The position numbers and the translations under genes were made by a program. This document shows positions 39,747 to 52,755 of a DNA stretch of 64,000 nt, piece by piece (the stretch's first letter is position 1; every line of letters begins with the position of its first letter). Source of the stretch: Octopus sinensis (lineage: Eukaryota); NCBI RefSeq assembly GCF_006345805.1, contig NC_043020.1:30256001-30320000 (forward strand), read 5' to 3'. The notes below the pieces were generated by a model. That model had not been told where the DNA came from. It saw only the letters and a program-made list of their open reading frames with translations, and ran no database searches.

Positions 39747-40426
39747 GTATACATTGTGTGTGTGCATGTGTGTGCATTCTAGCATGGAAAATGAACATTA
39801 AATGATGATGATGATGATGATGTGTGTGTGTGTGTGTGTGTAATATTTGATTAGCATTTCACTAACATGCAATAAATACTTAAGCTGAGAGTGAGCATGT
39901 GTGTGTGTGTGTGTGTGTGGCTAAGCGTATTCAAGCATATATATGTATGCGTGAAAGTAAGGATACATGCACACATGTACATACATTCATACGTGCATGC
40001 TCACATTCCCACATAGCTACATGTATGCATGCATACACACATGCACACTTACGTACATACAGATCATGTGCATGTGTGTGTGTAATTTTGTATGGGAGCA
40101 TTTATGGGGACAGGGCCAATGGTAGAGTCAAACAGGGAAGGAATTTAAGAGGTCCACTCCTTAATCACAGGGTCCTGGATTCGGGTTCAAGTCTATAATC
40201 AGCAGCTGACCGCAGAGTGAAATTAGGCAGACAGAAACTGTGAGGAAGCCTGCCTGTACTTATGAGCCAAAGACCCCAAACTTTCTCACACAGTATATCA
40301 CACTGATTCCACCCATCGATGACATTAATAGTAAAGGTCTCTGAGGAATACTCAGCCACTCGTACAAGACAGATTGTGCCTGAATTCAAAGGATCAGTCT
40401 GACAAAGATTCTTCCAGAGGATAACA

Positions 40427-40654
40427 TTAATCCTTTTGATACCAATCCTTCTGTGACCACCTCTGCTTCCATGGTACAAACTTTATCTTTTAAAATGATT
40501 CAAACAAAACCATTGCTCAGAATTTCTGATCGATTTATGTTCCAAATATCTCTTGAATAATAAAAAGGTATTTTACTGAATTATTCCTTATTTTCAAAAC
40601 TGACTGAAATGAAGGAATTGTGTTTCAACAGAACTATTATTGGAAAAGGGTCAG
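40427..40654. mobile_element. piggyBac-like non-autonomous element (MITE), ~230 bp
   Basis: Starts TTAATCCTTTTGATACC and ends AAAAGGGTCAG, a degenerate version of TTAACCCTTTT...AAAAGGGTTAA. Both ends align with the 43827-44435 copy. Confidence 0.55.
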
Positions 40655-40984
40655 AGACACTCCACAACTTATACTTTAATATAAGGAGTACATTGTTCTG
40701 TTGACCAAAATACTAGAATATTCCGCTGCAAAGTTACTGTGGCATCCATTTAAAGACATCTGTTTGGGTGGACAAATAAAATAGAGGTACCCGGGTAGGT
40801 ACCAGGATCAATCCATCTGGATCAGATTTTCTAACCCAAGCTCAACCCCTGCTAAATAGAAGAGTTTTTCTTGTATGCACAACCAAGTCCAGGTCTATGT
40901 GGTCTACATTTGGCTTTGTGAACTCAATTGCCTTTTATGAGCAACGAGAAGCCTTCGGCCGATGTTAAAAGCATTTATTATTAT

Positions 40985-41730
40985 TCATGGCTTGGCAGAA
41001 TCATGAGTTGCAATTATTTTGGCAATTATTTTCGTCTGTCATTATGTTCTGAGTTCAAATTCCACCAAGGTCGACTTTACCTTTCATCCTTTCGGGGTCA
41101 ATAAATTAAGTACCAGATGTGCTCTGGGGTTGATCTAATCGACTGCCTCCCCCCAGTCCCTCCCCAGAAATTTCGGTCCTTGTACCTAGAGTAGAAAAGA
41201 ATAAAATAAGTACCAAATGAGAACTGGGGGTTGGTGTAATCGACATGTCTCCCCTCCTCCCTTCAAATTTCCGGCCCTGGGCCCAGAGTAGAATGGATTA
41301 TTGTTGTTATGAAGGTGGTCAGCTGGCAGAATTATTATTCGCCTGATGGACAAAATGCTTGGTGACATTTCTTCTGCCTCATTTATGAGTTGAAATCCCT
41401 CCAAGGTGGACTTCATCTTTGCAGGGTCAATAAAATAAAGTACCAGTCACATACTGGGCTCAACGTTATCAACTACCCATCCCCCTGTCTCCCAAATTTT
41501 CAGTCATTGTGCCAACAGAACGAAGGGTCACTCAGATTATTCCGGGCGGTGTGTTGGCAGAATCCTTAAAATATCAGAGCAAATGTCTCGCAGCATTTGT
41601 TCCGGCTGTGAAGGTTGTGAGTTCAAATACAGCAGAAGTCAAATTTACCTTCCAACTTTGTGTAGGTTGATAAATTAAAATACCAATTAGTGATGGGATT
41701 AATTTAATCACAACGAATCGTTTCCTTGCA
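40985..41730 (+). mobile_element. Cluster of ~3 family E SINEs, head to tail
   Basis: TGGCAGAAT...GAGTT.AAAT...ATAAA.TAA..TACCA repeats near 40995, 41320 and 41555. Confidence 0.75.
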
Positions 41731-42239
41731 CATTTATGGTGTTGTACCTTATTTGTGAAACACTTATTACTTTAATTGGTATTCAATGTTGATTTAGTAT
41801 AGTTTCTGTGTTTTTGTTTGTTTTTTTTGTTTCACTAATTTTATATTGTTTCGTTAATACTAAAAATGAAGAATAAAAACAATTAAAAGTAAAAAGAAAG
41901 AATATAAAATGAGGCAACGAATACATAAAAAGCAAAGTTAATTAAAGTCACAAGAGGAAAAGTGAAGTAGAAATTATGATGGTAGGACCAAATATTTATG
42001 GTTGCTATGGTTACTGTAAATTATATTACAAACAACAACAACAACAAAAAGAAACAGTAACAGTTTTTTTTTTCTTTGGAAGTTATAAATATTGATAACA
42101 GAAAGGGACAGACAGACAGACATTACAGGAGAGAGAGAGAGAGAATATAAGAAATACGTAAAAGTAGAGAAAGATGAGTAATATATATGTATAGACTTAC
42201 ACATATGTACGTATGTGTGTGTGTGTACATATATATGTG

Positions 42240-42270
<31 letters not shown>

Positions 42271-42408
42271 CATTAAAACTATAAAAAAGAAGAGTGGTTG
42301 TATATAAATATTTATACATATATATATATATGAATGTATAGACTTAAACACATACATGTAAATATATATACATACATACATATAAATATATGTGTGTGTA
42401 CATGCATA

Positions 42409-42440
<32 letters not shown>

Positions 42441-42790
42441 CCTAATGAAAAATGTAAACAGTTGAACTAATGTCATTTAATTACTCTTTTCTTTTATAGT
42501 GATTAAAACAACATCACCACCACCAACAACAACAACAAGAAGCCGGACAATAAAACTACCTACCACCAAACTTGATTTACTGATAAACACTCTTCATACT
42601 AAAGTACCAAAAACAGTTGCAGACAGTCAAATGAGAGGGGGAGAGAGGAAGGAGGGAGAGGGAGAGAGAAGGGAGAGGGAGAGAGAAAGAGAGAGGGGTA
42701 CATATATATATATGTGTGTGTGTGTGTGTGTAAAAATTAAGTTTTATATTTAGGACCAAAAAACTAGAAGAGCGAAAGACTGTGACTGAC

Positions 42791-42850
42791 TTGAGTGAAA
42801 GGGTTGAGTGAAAGGTTTGAGTGAAAGGGTTGAGTGAAAGGGTTGAGTGA
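42791..42850. repeat. 13 bp minisatellite (TTGAGTGAAAGGG) x ~4.6
   Basis: Direct reading of the sequence. Confidence 0.95.
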
Positions 42851-43826
42851 GAGTAGTGCAGTAAATTTGCTGGTTCAAATTTTAATGAAGGTCAGTAGCA
42901 AAGCATGGTTGTGTGGTTAAACTACAGAGTCCTGGGTTCAATCCCACAATATGGCACACTCTCAGGTGAAACCTTGTGAATGGAGTGTGGGAATCTGCTG
43001 TGTGTGTGGGTGTGTGGTGAGGCTGTATGTATGCATGGGTGTACAGCATCCTCATCATTTAACATCTCTTCAAACAGGCATCAGTTGGATGGTTTGGCAG
43101 GATCTGACCCAATTACAGGACTCTGCTGAGTTCCAATCTCGGCTCTCTAAACACACACAGGTGCTGGCAGGTCTTTGTAGTAAGAAGCTTGCTGCCCAAC
43201 CAAATGGTCCTGGATTCAGCCCCACTGCATGGCCCCTTTGGACCAAGTGTCTTCTACTATAACCCCAGGCTGACCAAGGCCTTGTGAGTGGATTTGGCAG
43301 ATGGAAACCCACTAACTTACTCAAGGTACCATATTGTAGGACAAAATCCCAAACCACCCGAGTTGTGAAGCAAATATTAACCAGACACTGGTGACGCCAG
43401 AATATTTTAGGAACAGACATGTTTAGTATTGTGAACATGTACACATGGAAGTATTTATTAATATATACATGTGTATCTGTGTGTGTGTGTGTGTGTGTGT
43501 GCCTATATATATATATGTAGATATATATATATATATATATATGTGTATGTATGCATGTATGTATATATAATGTTACTCATCTGTGGAATGGTATTTTGAT
43601 GAGAAGGAAAGAAAAAACAAAACGAATGAATATCTAATTGAATGCAGAGAATGGCTTTCGTTTTTTAATCTTGCGGAATATCTATTTGTGATTTAATTCC
43701 ATTTACTTATCAAAAATATCTCAGATCTTGTTACTGAAATTTTTCTTTTTACCTCATAACAACAAACTGCTTATAAGTTGCAAGTCAACTGCTAATCTAA
43801 GCTGATAAACTTTTAGATAATCTGAT

Positions 43827-44435
43827 TTAACCCTTCTTGATATAAACCCATCTGAGACCACCACATCTGATTCTGCAAAACAAAAAAACCTTTTGTCTTG
43901 TGTTTCTATCATTTTGAAATTGAAACTTCCCACCACTGAAATTTTATGCCAGAATCATTTTCTTGAGTTCTATCCCCAAAAACCATTTTAAACCCTGTAA
44001 GACAAACTTATTTCAGACCAACTTCTTGTTCCATGATACAAAAACTGACCTTTTTGAAAACTCTTTTCACACCAACCTTCCTGGGCCCTCCTCTGATTCT
44101 CTGCTGACACAAACTTCATCTGCTAATTTCTTTCTCACACCAGCTTAATGAGGACAAAATTATTTTACTAATATTTCATTTTTCTATTTCGTTTACAAGA
44201 TTCTTGATGTGAACCTGTGTATTGAAACAGATTTTGTAGACTGCTTCTGTTTCACTTCTTTTATTATTATTAGTCAATCATTCTACCAATTAACTAATCA
44301 ATTGTTTCATTAATTGCTCAGTCAATCAATCATTTGTCAAAAGTAATCTACCGCAGGTAATGCTTTGTTATTTTCAAAATTAACTGAAATGAATTCAGTG
44401 TATTTCGACAGAAACATGGAAGCAAGAGGATCAAG
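43827..44435. mobile_element. Longer copy of the same piggyBac-like MITE
   Basis: Begins TTAACCCTTCTTGATATAAACCCATCTGAGACCACC. 44360-44420 matches 40587-40635 (TTATTTTCAAAA-T-ACTGAAATGAA...TTTC-ACAGAA). The right terminus is degenerate. Confidence 0.5.
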
Positions 44436-44589
44436 GCTATTGTTGTCTCTGATGTTGGCATTGCCATATTAAAACAAACAAAAACAAAGAAAAACCATTG
44501 CTATCATCACTACTGCTGCCACTGCCCCCACCACTCCCCCCACCACTGTCACTGTTCCCAAGGAGATTTAGCATAACACAAGGCATGAC

Positions 44590-44760
44590 AAGGCTGGCTC
44601 TTTGAAATACAGACACAATTCATTTTCGCCTGCTGAGGGGAGGGGAACAATGTGAAATGAAGTGTCTTGCTCAAGGACACAACATGCTACCAGGTATTGA
44701 ACTTACGACCTTATGATTGAGAGCCGAATCCCCTAACCAGTGAGCCATGCCCCTCCACAA
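44590..44760 (-). mobile_element. SINE family D fragment
   Basis: AAGTGTCTTGCTCAAGGACACAAC...CCCTAACCAGTGAGCCA. Confidence 0.7.
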
Positions 44761-44829
44761 AAGCCATCTCTTCAGCTGCATTCCAAACACCAGCCGTCAA
44801 AGCTGTCCAAGACCTCCTCTTCTTCAATA

Positions 44830-45000
44830 AACCAAAAACTGACCATTTTAAAATGCTTGAAACAAAAACCTTCCATCAGAATCTATTAAAGTCCCTTTTA
44901 CTAAGTTGTTGTCCAAACACCAAATCAGTAACAAGGAAATTGGTTATTTTACAAAATTCTTCCAAATTCTTGATTAATTTCAAAACTATCTGAAACTTTC
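44830..45000. mobile_element. Internal fragment of the same MITE family
   Basis: Similar to 40490-40600 (CAGAAT...TCCAAA...TATTTTAC...TTTCAAAACT). No termini seen. Confidence 0.35.
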
Positions 45001-45710
45001 ACATACAAAACAGATGGAATGGTCATGGATAGAATGTCTTTTATCATAAGCCATCTGGATTAGGGTTGATCTATAGATACATAACATCACTTTTTAATCA
45101 CTAAGGTCAAGCATGTCTACCTACCGAAAGTGAGACCGGGTGGCAGTGAGGGTGGTTAGTGTCCGAGTGATGACATCAAATTAACAGCTTTGCTGATGAA
45201 AAAATATAACTGGACAATTGTGGTTATATTTTTTACTCTTAAACTGATACCAAAATCCACCCCTAATACCACAATGCCACCCCTATCACCAAATCTTCAT
45301 CCCAAATACAAGATTTCCATCTCTAAAACCAAAATACCACCTCTAACATTAAATTTTTATCCCAACACTAGTCCTCCACCCCTATCACCAGTCGCCACTC
45401 CTATCACCAATCTCCACCCCTTATACTGCCTCTGACATTAAACTTTTACCCCTGAAACCAGATTTCCACAAGACCTACACCCCAAACACTAGACCTCCCT
45501 CCTCACATCATAAAATCCCCACCCCTATCACTAGATCTCCACCTCTAAAACCTAACACCCCATCCTGTTTTTCTGCCATTCATTTGGGTTTTTTTTTTTC
45601 AATATTTGCAGTTGTGGATGGGGTGGGGGTACGGCGGGGGGGGACACAAAATACTGACTTGTCATTGTGGAATGAATTATACAGAAATGGTGGCGTTGGT
45701 GAGGGTTAAC

Positions 45711-45786
<76 letters not shown>

Positions 45787-46269
45787 CAGAAAAACAGAAA
45801 GAAAGAGAAAAATGTTAAGTTAAATGGAAGAAAAGAGAAACATGGGGAATTAGAAAAAATTAAAAAAGAGGGGGGTAAAAATAGAAGGGGAGGACGAGAG
45901 AGAGAGAGAGATAATAGGGTGGCAGGGTGTTGTTGTTGGTGGTGGTGGTGGTTGCAGTGGTAAAGAATTTGCATTGCTACAAAAACCTGACAGACTTGCT
46001 CTCTAAAATACAATTTCAAAGATGATAAATCCTCTGACAAGCCTGGCACAAATTCAATATGTCCATCTACCCCTATTCCACCCCTAACACAAACACACAC
46101 ACTGTATAAAGCAATAATTATGTTTTGGAAAGAGAGGAAGAAAAAGTTAAATAAATAAATCCAACAAAAACAAAAAACAAAACAGCAACAACAATAACAA
46201 TAACAACAGCTGTTACTGCAACAACAACAACAACAACAACAGCTATGAGACAATGAGGGAAGCTTCTGC

Positions 46270-46510
46270 TGCTCACTCAATCTGCTAGAAATAACAGCTG
46301 AATCACCCTCAAATCACACAATATCAGTTTAGAGAAAAAGACTGTGTTGGATAATGTGATCATCTGTTCTCTGTATATAGGAAAAAGGATGGATGGGCAT
46401 GGCTGGAATATTTTATTTATTACTGTAGGTTTGCTCGATGATAGCTGACCTAGGACTGAACAACAACCTGGCACCGACTTCAAGGCTACAACAGCCAAAA
46501 CCACAACAAC
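46270..46510 (+). mobile_element. Unclassified interspersed repeat family F (CTGCTAGAAATAGCAGCCAAATC...CTCAAATC, (AAC)n tail)
   Basis: The same motifs occur at 1-70, 690-725, 16140-16190, 16510-16690, 30480-30690, 32530-32640, 37520-37700, 50340-50430 and 58420-58510. Confidence 0.65.
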
Positions 46511-47095
46511 AATACCACCACCACCACCACCACCACAACCACCACCACCACCATCATGATATCACCACTCACCACCTCCATGACCACCACCACCATCACA
46601 GCTACCACTAACTACCATAACAATCACCACCACCACCACCACCACCACCACCACTACCTCCACAACAATAGCCATCCCTCCCACCACTATCATAACAAGC
46701 ACCCCCCCACTTACCTCCCACCACCACCATTTCTGCAACAACAACAACAACAGCAGCAGAAACAATGCCTACCAATAAAAAAAGCTGCAATGTTGGAAGA
46801 GAGTAAAAGATTTATAGTTTGTTGGTTGTAAAAGTGAAATGGACTTCAATTTAAAAATGAAAATAAAACAAAACAACCCCACCCCCAACTCTGCACCCTC
46901 CATTGTTTCCTGTGTAAAGAAGGGGAGGAGGGGTAGGAGGGGGACAGAGACAGATTATTTATGGGTTAAAGATGGAGAGACGGTGGGGGGGAGGGAATGA
47001 AAGACGTGGGAGTGATTGTGTATGCGTATGTACGCGTGTGCGTCTGTGTGTGAGTGAGTGTGTGTACATGTGTGAATCTGTGTGTATGTGTGTGC

Positions 47096-47139
<44 letters not shown>

Positions 47140-47289
47140 ATGTGTGTGCATATGTATATATATATATCTCCTATGTGTTTGTGTTTGAGGCACAGTGCCA
47201 TTTCAACAGATCTGAAAAAATGATGGAAACGGATATTCCAGTCACTTCTCCGCCATAAATATTCCAGCTGTTCAATCAACAAAACAATA

Positions 47290-47480
47290 TTATTTCTAAT
47301 CCAGGTTTCAAATTTTAACACAAGGCCAGCAATTTTTAGGGGAGGGTCCAAGTCGATTACATTGACCCCCAGTATTCAACTGGTACTTTTTTTTATTAAC
47401 CCCTAAAGAATGAAAGTCAAAATCAACCTCGGCAGAATTTGAACCCAGAAAGGAAAGACCGGACCAGATGCTGCAAATAA
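47290..47480 (-). mobile_element. SINE family E
   Basis: AAATTTTAACACAAGGCCAGC...AACCTCGGCAGAATTTGAACCC. Confidence 0.75.
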
Positions 47481-48749
47481 TTTTATCCCTTAGGGTCAGG
47501 GTCTAAATATGTGGCTGGATTTTCAACAGACTTATCTTCTATTTCTTACTTGCTTTCATCATTGGGCTTTGGCCATACGGGAGCATTGCCTTTGAAGGGT
47601 TTTAGTCAAACGGATCGACCCCCCACCTCCACCCCACCATGACCACTTAAAGTCTGGTACTTGTTCTATCAAGTCTGTTTTGCTGAAGGACTAAGTTATG
47701 ATGACTTAAACAAACCAACCCAGGTTGTCAAGCAGTAGTATGTGGGGGCCTTTGTTTTTATACCACCCGGTAGTTGTAAACGAACGCCATGTCACACAAG
47801 CTGTGCCATTCATCTCCAGTCTTCTGTCAAAACATGTCTGGCCATGGGGAAATATTCCCTTATTTGGAAACAAGTGGAGGGTTGGGGACAGAAAAGGCAT
47901 CCAGCCCCCAAAAATGAAAACAGCAACAACCTTTAGAATGGAAAACTTCACACACACACACACACTCTCTCCCTCACACACACACACTGACTGATGGTTA
48001 GAAAAATGGACAGGTAGAGCCGCCACATAAATATAGGGGACATGTATAATGTAATAGAGCAGTCAAAAAGACAAAAAAAAAGGAGCCAAGCTGCTGTAAT
48101 GGGTTCACCTGTTTGTCTTTGGAAAAAAAGGTTATCAAGCATCATTGAGATTTGTCATTATTCCAATATAGAAGTTCAAAAGGAAGGGGGAGGGAGCAGT
48201 TAGTTTTTGAAACAGGAAGGGAGCGTTTATTAGGGGTGCCTGCACAGGGATAGAAAAGGAAAGAAAGTTGGAAAAAAAAAGAAAAGAACAGAAAGTAAAA
48301 AGAAAAAGACCCCCCCCAATAAAGGGCTGATGTAATAAATCTTGACAATTAATTGTTTGTTGCTGTGTTGGCCTTCCTTTCACAGGATTTCTCATTAACC
48401 CCTTCCCTTCTCCCAATTTGCCATCTTTTCCTTAAAAGAAACCCCTCATCTGCTCTGTTGTCTGAAATATGAGACTTAGAAGAGATTTCAATGTTATCAT
48501 AAAGGTGTTAATAAAGTATTAATTTCAAATTTTGGCACAAGGCCAGAAATTTTTGGGGAGGGGGAAATGAATTACACTGATCCCAGTATACAACTGGTAC
48601 TTATTTTATCAGCAGTGAAAGGAAATCCAGGTGATGTGAGTCAGGAGGCATAAATCAAAGGTGGGGGGACTCATATATTTTTGGTCCAACTGTTATCTTT
48701 TGGGGGGATTCTGTGGAAATGAAATATTTACATGTTTTGCATAGATTAC

Positions 48750-49143
48750 ACTCTCTCTTTTACTCTTTTATTTGTTTCGGTCATTTGACTGTGGCCATGC
48801 TGGAGCACCGCCTTTTAGTCGAGCAAATTGACCCCAGGACTTATTCTTTGTAAGCCTAGTACTTATTCTATCGGTCTTTTTTGCCAAACCACTAAGTTAC
48901 GGGGGTGTAAACACACAAGCATCGGTTGTCAAGAGATGTTGGGGGGACAAACACAGACACACAAACACACACACACATATATACGATGGGCTTCTTTCAG
49001 TTTCCGTCAACCAAACCCACTCACAAGGCTTTGGTTGGCCTGAGGCTATAGAAGACACTTGCCCAAGGTGCCACACAGTGGGACTGAACCTGGAACCATG
49101 TGGTTCATAAGCAAGCTACTTACCACACAGCCACTCCTACACC
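48750..49143 (-). mobile_element. SINE family A, full length
   Basis: Match to the family consensus. Confidence 0.88.
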
Positions 49144-49580
49144 TATGTGTGGGTATGCGGCAATCCCCTGTTAGGGGCCCAATACTGCACCACAGCAATT
49201 ATAGCCGCACATGTAATTAGTTCCGGGTACTTTTTAAAGGATATTATTTTTTTTCTCTCTAAATGATGATTAGTATTTTCTATTGTATAAAGGTTTCTTG
49301 CTTACATAAGATCACAATCTGTTGGGGCTGCATTGTTTCATGTTATATGATGTACGTCTAGTTTTCAAAGCTCATATATAAGAGGATAGTCATGTTTTTC
49401 ACTTCTGTCAATATTATGAAATGTGTAGGTATGTTGATTGTAACAAGTTTTGAATGTGTGTGAAGTAAACCCTATATATATTCTGTTTGAGAGTTGTGGG
49501 GCTTTACTTCCCATTGATAGGCTTTTTCTTAAGAGTTTCTTAATACATTTTTCTTAATACATATCATACACACACACAAC

Positions 49581-49638
<58 letters not shown>

Positions 49639-50953
49639 AGGTGGGGAGGGAGAAATAAATTTCCACAAGGAAAATCCAGTAATTAGATGTTTCAATTTTG
49701 CAAGTTTAGAATGACAGAATGTTTACTGTTTAGTTAAAACTTCAAGTGTCACCACAATGAATGAAGTTCAGATAAAATTTATTCAAATCTCTTACAAGTG
49801 CACCACAATGCTATTATGAACGTTTAGAATTTGGGAAAATCCAAATTAGATATAAGAACCACCCCCACCCACTTACCCATCCACCTTCCCCCCCGTTTCT
49901 CACTCACTTCTCAGTCTCTAAAAGCAATAAATGTTGATATATGATAAAATGTGTGTACGTACCTGTGTACATACCTACATACATATATACATACATATAT
50001 ATATATACACATATATGTATATATAAGTATGTATGTACATGTATGTATGTATGTGTGTGTGTGTGTATATATATATATATGTATATACATAGAAACACAC
50101 TCGTTATGTCGAACATGCAATATGGAAAGCTTTTAATATTACATTTCACAAACAATAACAAGTTTGTGTAAATATTAATTTGATTTAAGCAGAATGAAAG
50201 TTTGTAGCACTTCCACCCCCACCCCCTCCATGGCATGACCTCCACCACCCACTCACCCCTGCCTCCACCCATTCCATGATTCCTACTCTTAACTTCTACC
50301 CATAATTGACAACTCCACCACCATCACAACAGAATGAATAGAATTAACCTGCTAAAAATAGCAAATGCCCTCAAACTGCACTCAACTGCCTTTCAGAAAA
50401 GGAAGGGCACGTTGGATAATGTAGCCCTAGATACACAACGACTGAAAAAAAGGAAAAAAAAGGAACATTTTGGAACATTTTTGATCCTTAGTTTGTACTC
50501 AAACAGCTGAGGGAACTAAACAACAGGAAAATTATGGATACTTATCACAGAATGTGTTTGGTTGGCAACGGGCCTGCTGCAAGAATGAGGCGAAAAAGAC
50601 CTTGTTGAATGCCTCATCTTCTGCATTCCTCATTCCCTTCACTAGATAATCACTTTTCCATGCAGGGATCACACAGACTTTGTTGAGGCAGATTTTCCAA
50701 GGCAAGTTGCCCTTCACTTGTTCCCCAGCCATGATATTTTCCGATGCCCAGACAGGGTTTCGCTAAATATTGGAAACGATGCAATCAAGTAAAAATACAT
50801 CTCAAAACATGAGTGTATATATGTATGTATATATATATATATAGTTAATTGAATATGTCCTTTGAAAACAAGGTCTACTGGATGTCAATTAAGTGCTCTT
50901 CTATGAAATATGTCTAAAATCTTAAAAGATATTTAAAGATTCCTGAGAGCGAT

Positions 50954-51198
50954 TATATATTGGAGAGTAAAATAGTGAAATAGTTATATCTTAAAAAATC
51001 ATAATATGGATGATAAGCATATAATATTAGTAATATTATATTAATAGATAAATAAAGTACAGCTATGATTATTTAAAGGTTTTAAAACATTTTAATAATC
51101 ATAGCTGTACTTTATTTATTAATGCAATATTACTAATATTATATACTTATCATCCTTATTATGATTTTTAAGATATAACTATTTTACTCTCTAATATA

Positions 51199-51200
<2 letters not shown>
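50954..51200. repeat. Long AT-rich palindrome, ~110-125 bp arms
   Basis: Arms differ by about 7 substitutions plus 8, 4 and 1 nt indels. The centre GTTTTAAAAC at 51079-51088 is itself palindromic. Confidence 0.9.
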
Positions 51201-51233
<33 letters not shown>

Positions 51234-52397
51234 GGTGTTTCTAATTTATAGTCCGCAGAAGTGACTGAGTGACCCAAGAGAGGAGTGTTTCATGCATTGG
51301 CCCTTATCAAGTAAATCATATTCTCTCGCAGCAATCAACTGGTGTTAAGACAAGAAGATATAAACACACGCAGGATGGGCTTCTTTCAGTTTCCACCTGC
51401 CAAATCCACTCCCAAGGCTCTCGTCAGCTTGGAGCTAAAGCAGAAGATAGAAGTCACTTGTTCAAGGTGCCATGCAGTTGTTGTAAAGGAAACGATGTCA
51501 CGTAAACAGGGAGGTTGCATTGTGTTGTGGGGAAGATGAGAATAATGCAGTGTAAAGATGCAATCACGCAGCTGGGATATTGAACCATTTAGAGAGATGG
51601 TATCATGTAGGAGTGAGATAAAATCATGTGGCAGGGAGGGTTATGTTATGTAGCGGGGATATAATGGTTATTCCATAGAGTACACAAGTGATTTTGTGGA
51701 AAGGGAGGTTTATATTCAATAAATATACATAAATACGCATACACACACACATACACATGTATGTATGTGTGTATGTATGTGTGTATATGTGTGTATGTAT
51801 GTGTATATATATATATATGTATGCTCATCTTCCCTCGTCTTTCACTTCACTCTGTCTCTCATTTTTTCTCGCCCCTCCTTAATTCTTCTATCCCTCTGCC
51901 TCTACCTCTCTCTCTTCTCACCCCATATGACCGGTGTTCCGGCCAGGCCTGACCTTTCTTTCTGGGTTCCACTACCATCCATGTAACATCTATATTCCTC
52001 TCTATGCCTGTCATCTCTTATGTCCCTGCTGTAAGGCTTTACTTCCATACATCCCAGCTTAATTTAATTCATCCTTAGTTGAAAGACACCCATTGTTAAT
52101 GTCCCGTTATTTGTATTTCTCTGGGTTTTTTTTCCATCCTTGTTTTTGTATACATTTGTTGCTTTCTTCCAAGGAATCTAATGCTCTTAGCTTAGTTTTT
52201 CCTTGGGGCTGGCCAGATTAGAGCAATCTTGAGTATAACCAGCTGAAATTGCAAAGATAATCTGGCACTGGACTGAGGAAAGAAAACTCCGAATGACCTG
52301 TCCTGATTTCCTTTGGATTGGCTGTCTGGATGTTTTGCGTTCTTGTCCCTTTTCTGTATTTTTTATATATAAAACTAAAGCAGTGTACGAACACTTA

Positions 52398-52755
52398 TCT
52401 CTTACTTGTTTCAGTAATTGGACAATGGCCATGCTGGAGCACTGCCTGGAAGGGTTTTAATTGAACAGATCAACCCAAGTTATTATTTTTAAGCCTAGTA
52501 CTCCATCAGTCTCTTTTGTTGAACTACTAAGTCACAGGGAAATAAACAAACCCACACCAAGTTATCAAGTGGATGGGATGGAGACAAACACACACACACA
52601 TGATGGGCTTCTACACAGTTTCTGTCTTCTTGATTCACTCACAAGGCACTGGTTCACCCGGGGCTATAGTAGGAGGTATTTGCCCAAGGTGCCACACAGT
52701 GGGACTGAACCTGAAACCATGTGGCTGCAAGGGAGCTCCTTAACCCACGGCCGTT
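52398..52755 (-). mobile_element. SINE family A
   Basis: Match to the family consensus. Confidence 0.8.

Noticed and set aside
52265-52310. CTGAGGA...CCGAATG hammerhead-like motif
   Set aside because: No GAAA, poor stem II and no NUH triplet in register with stem I.
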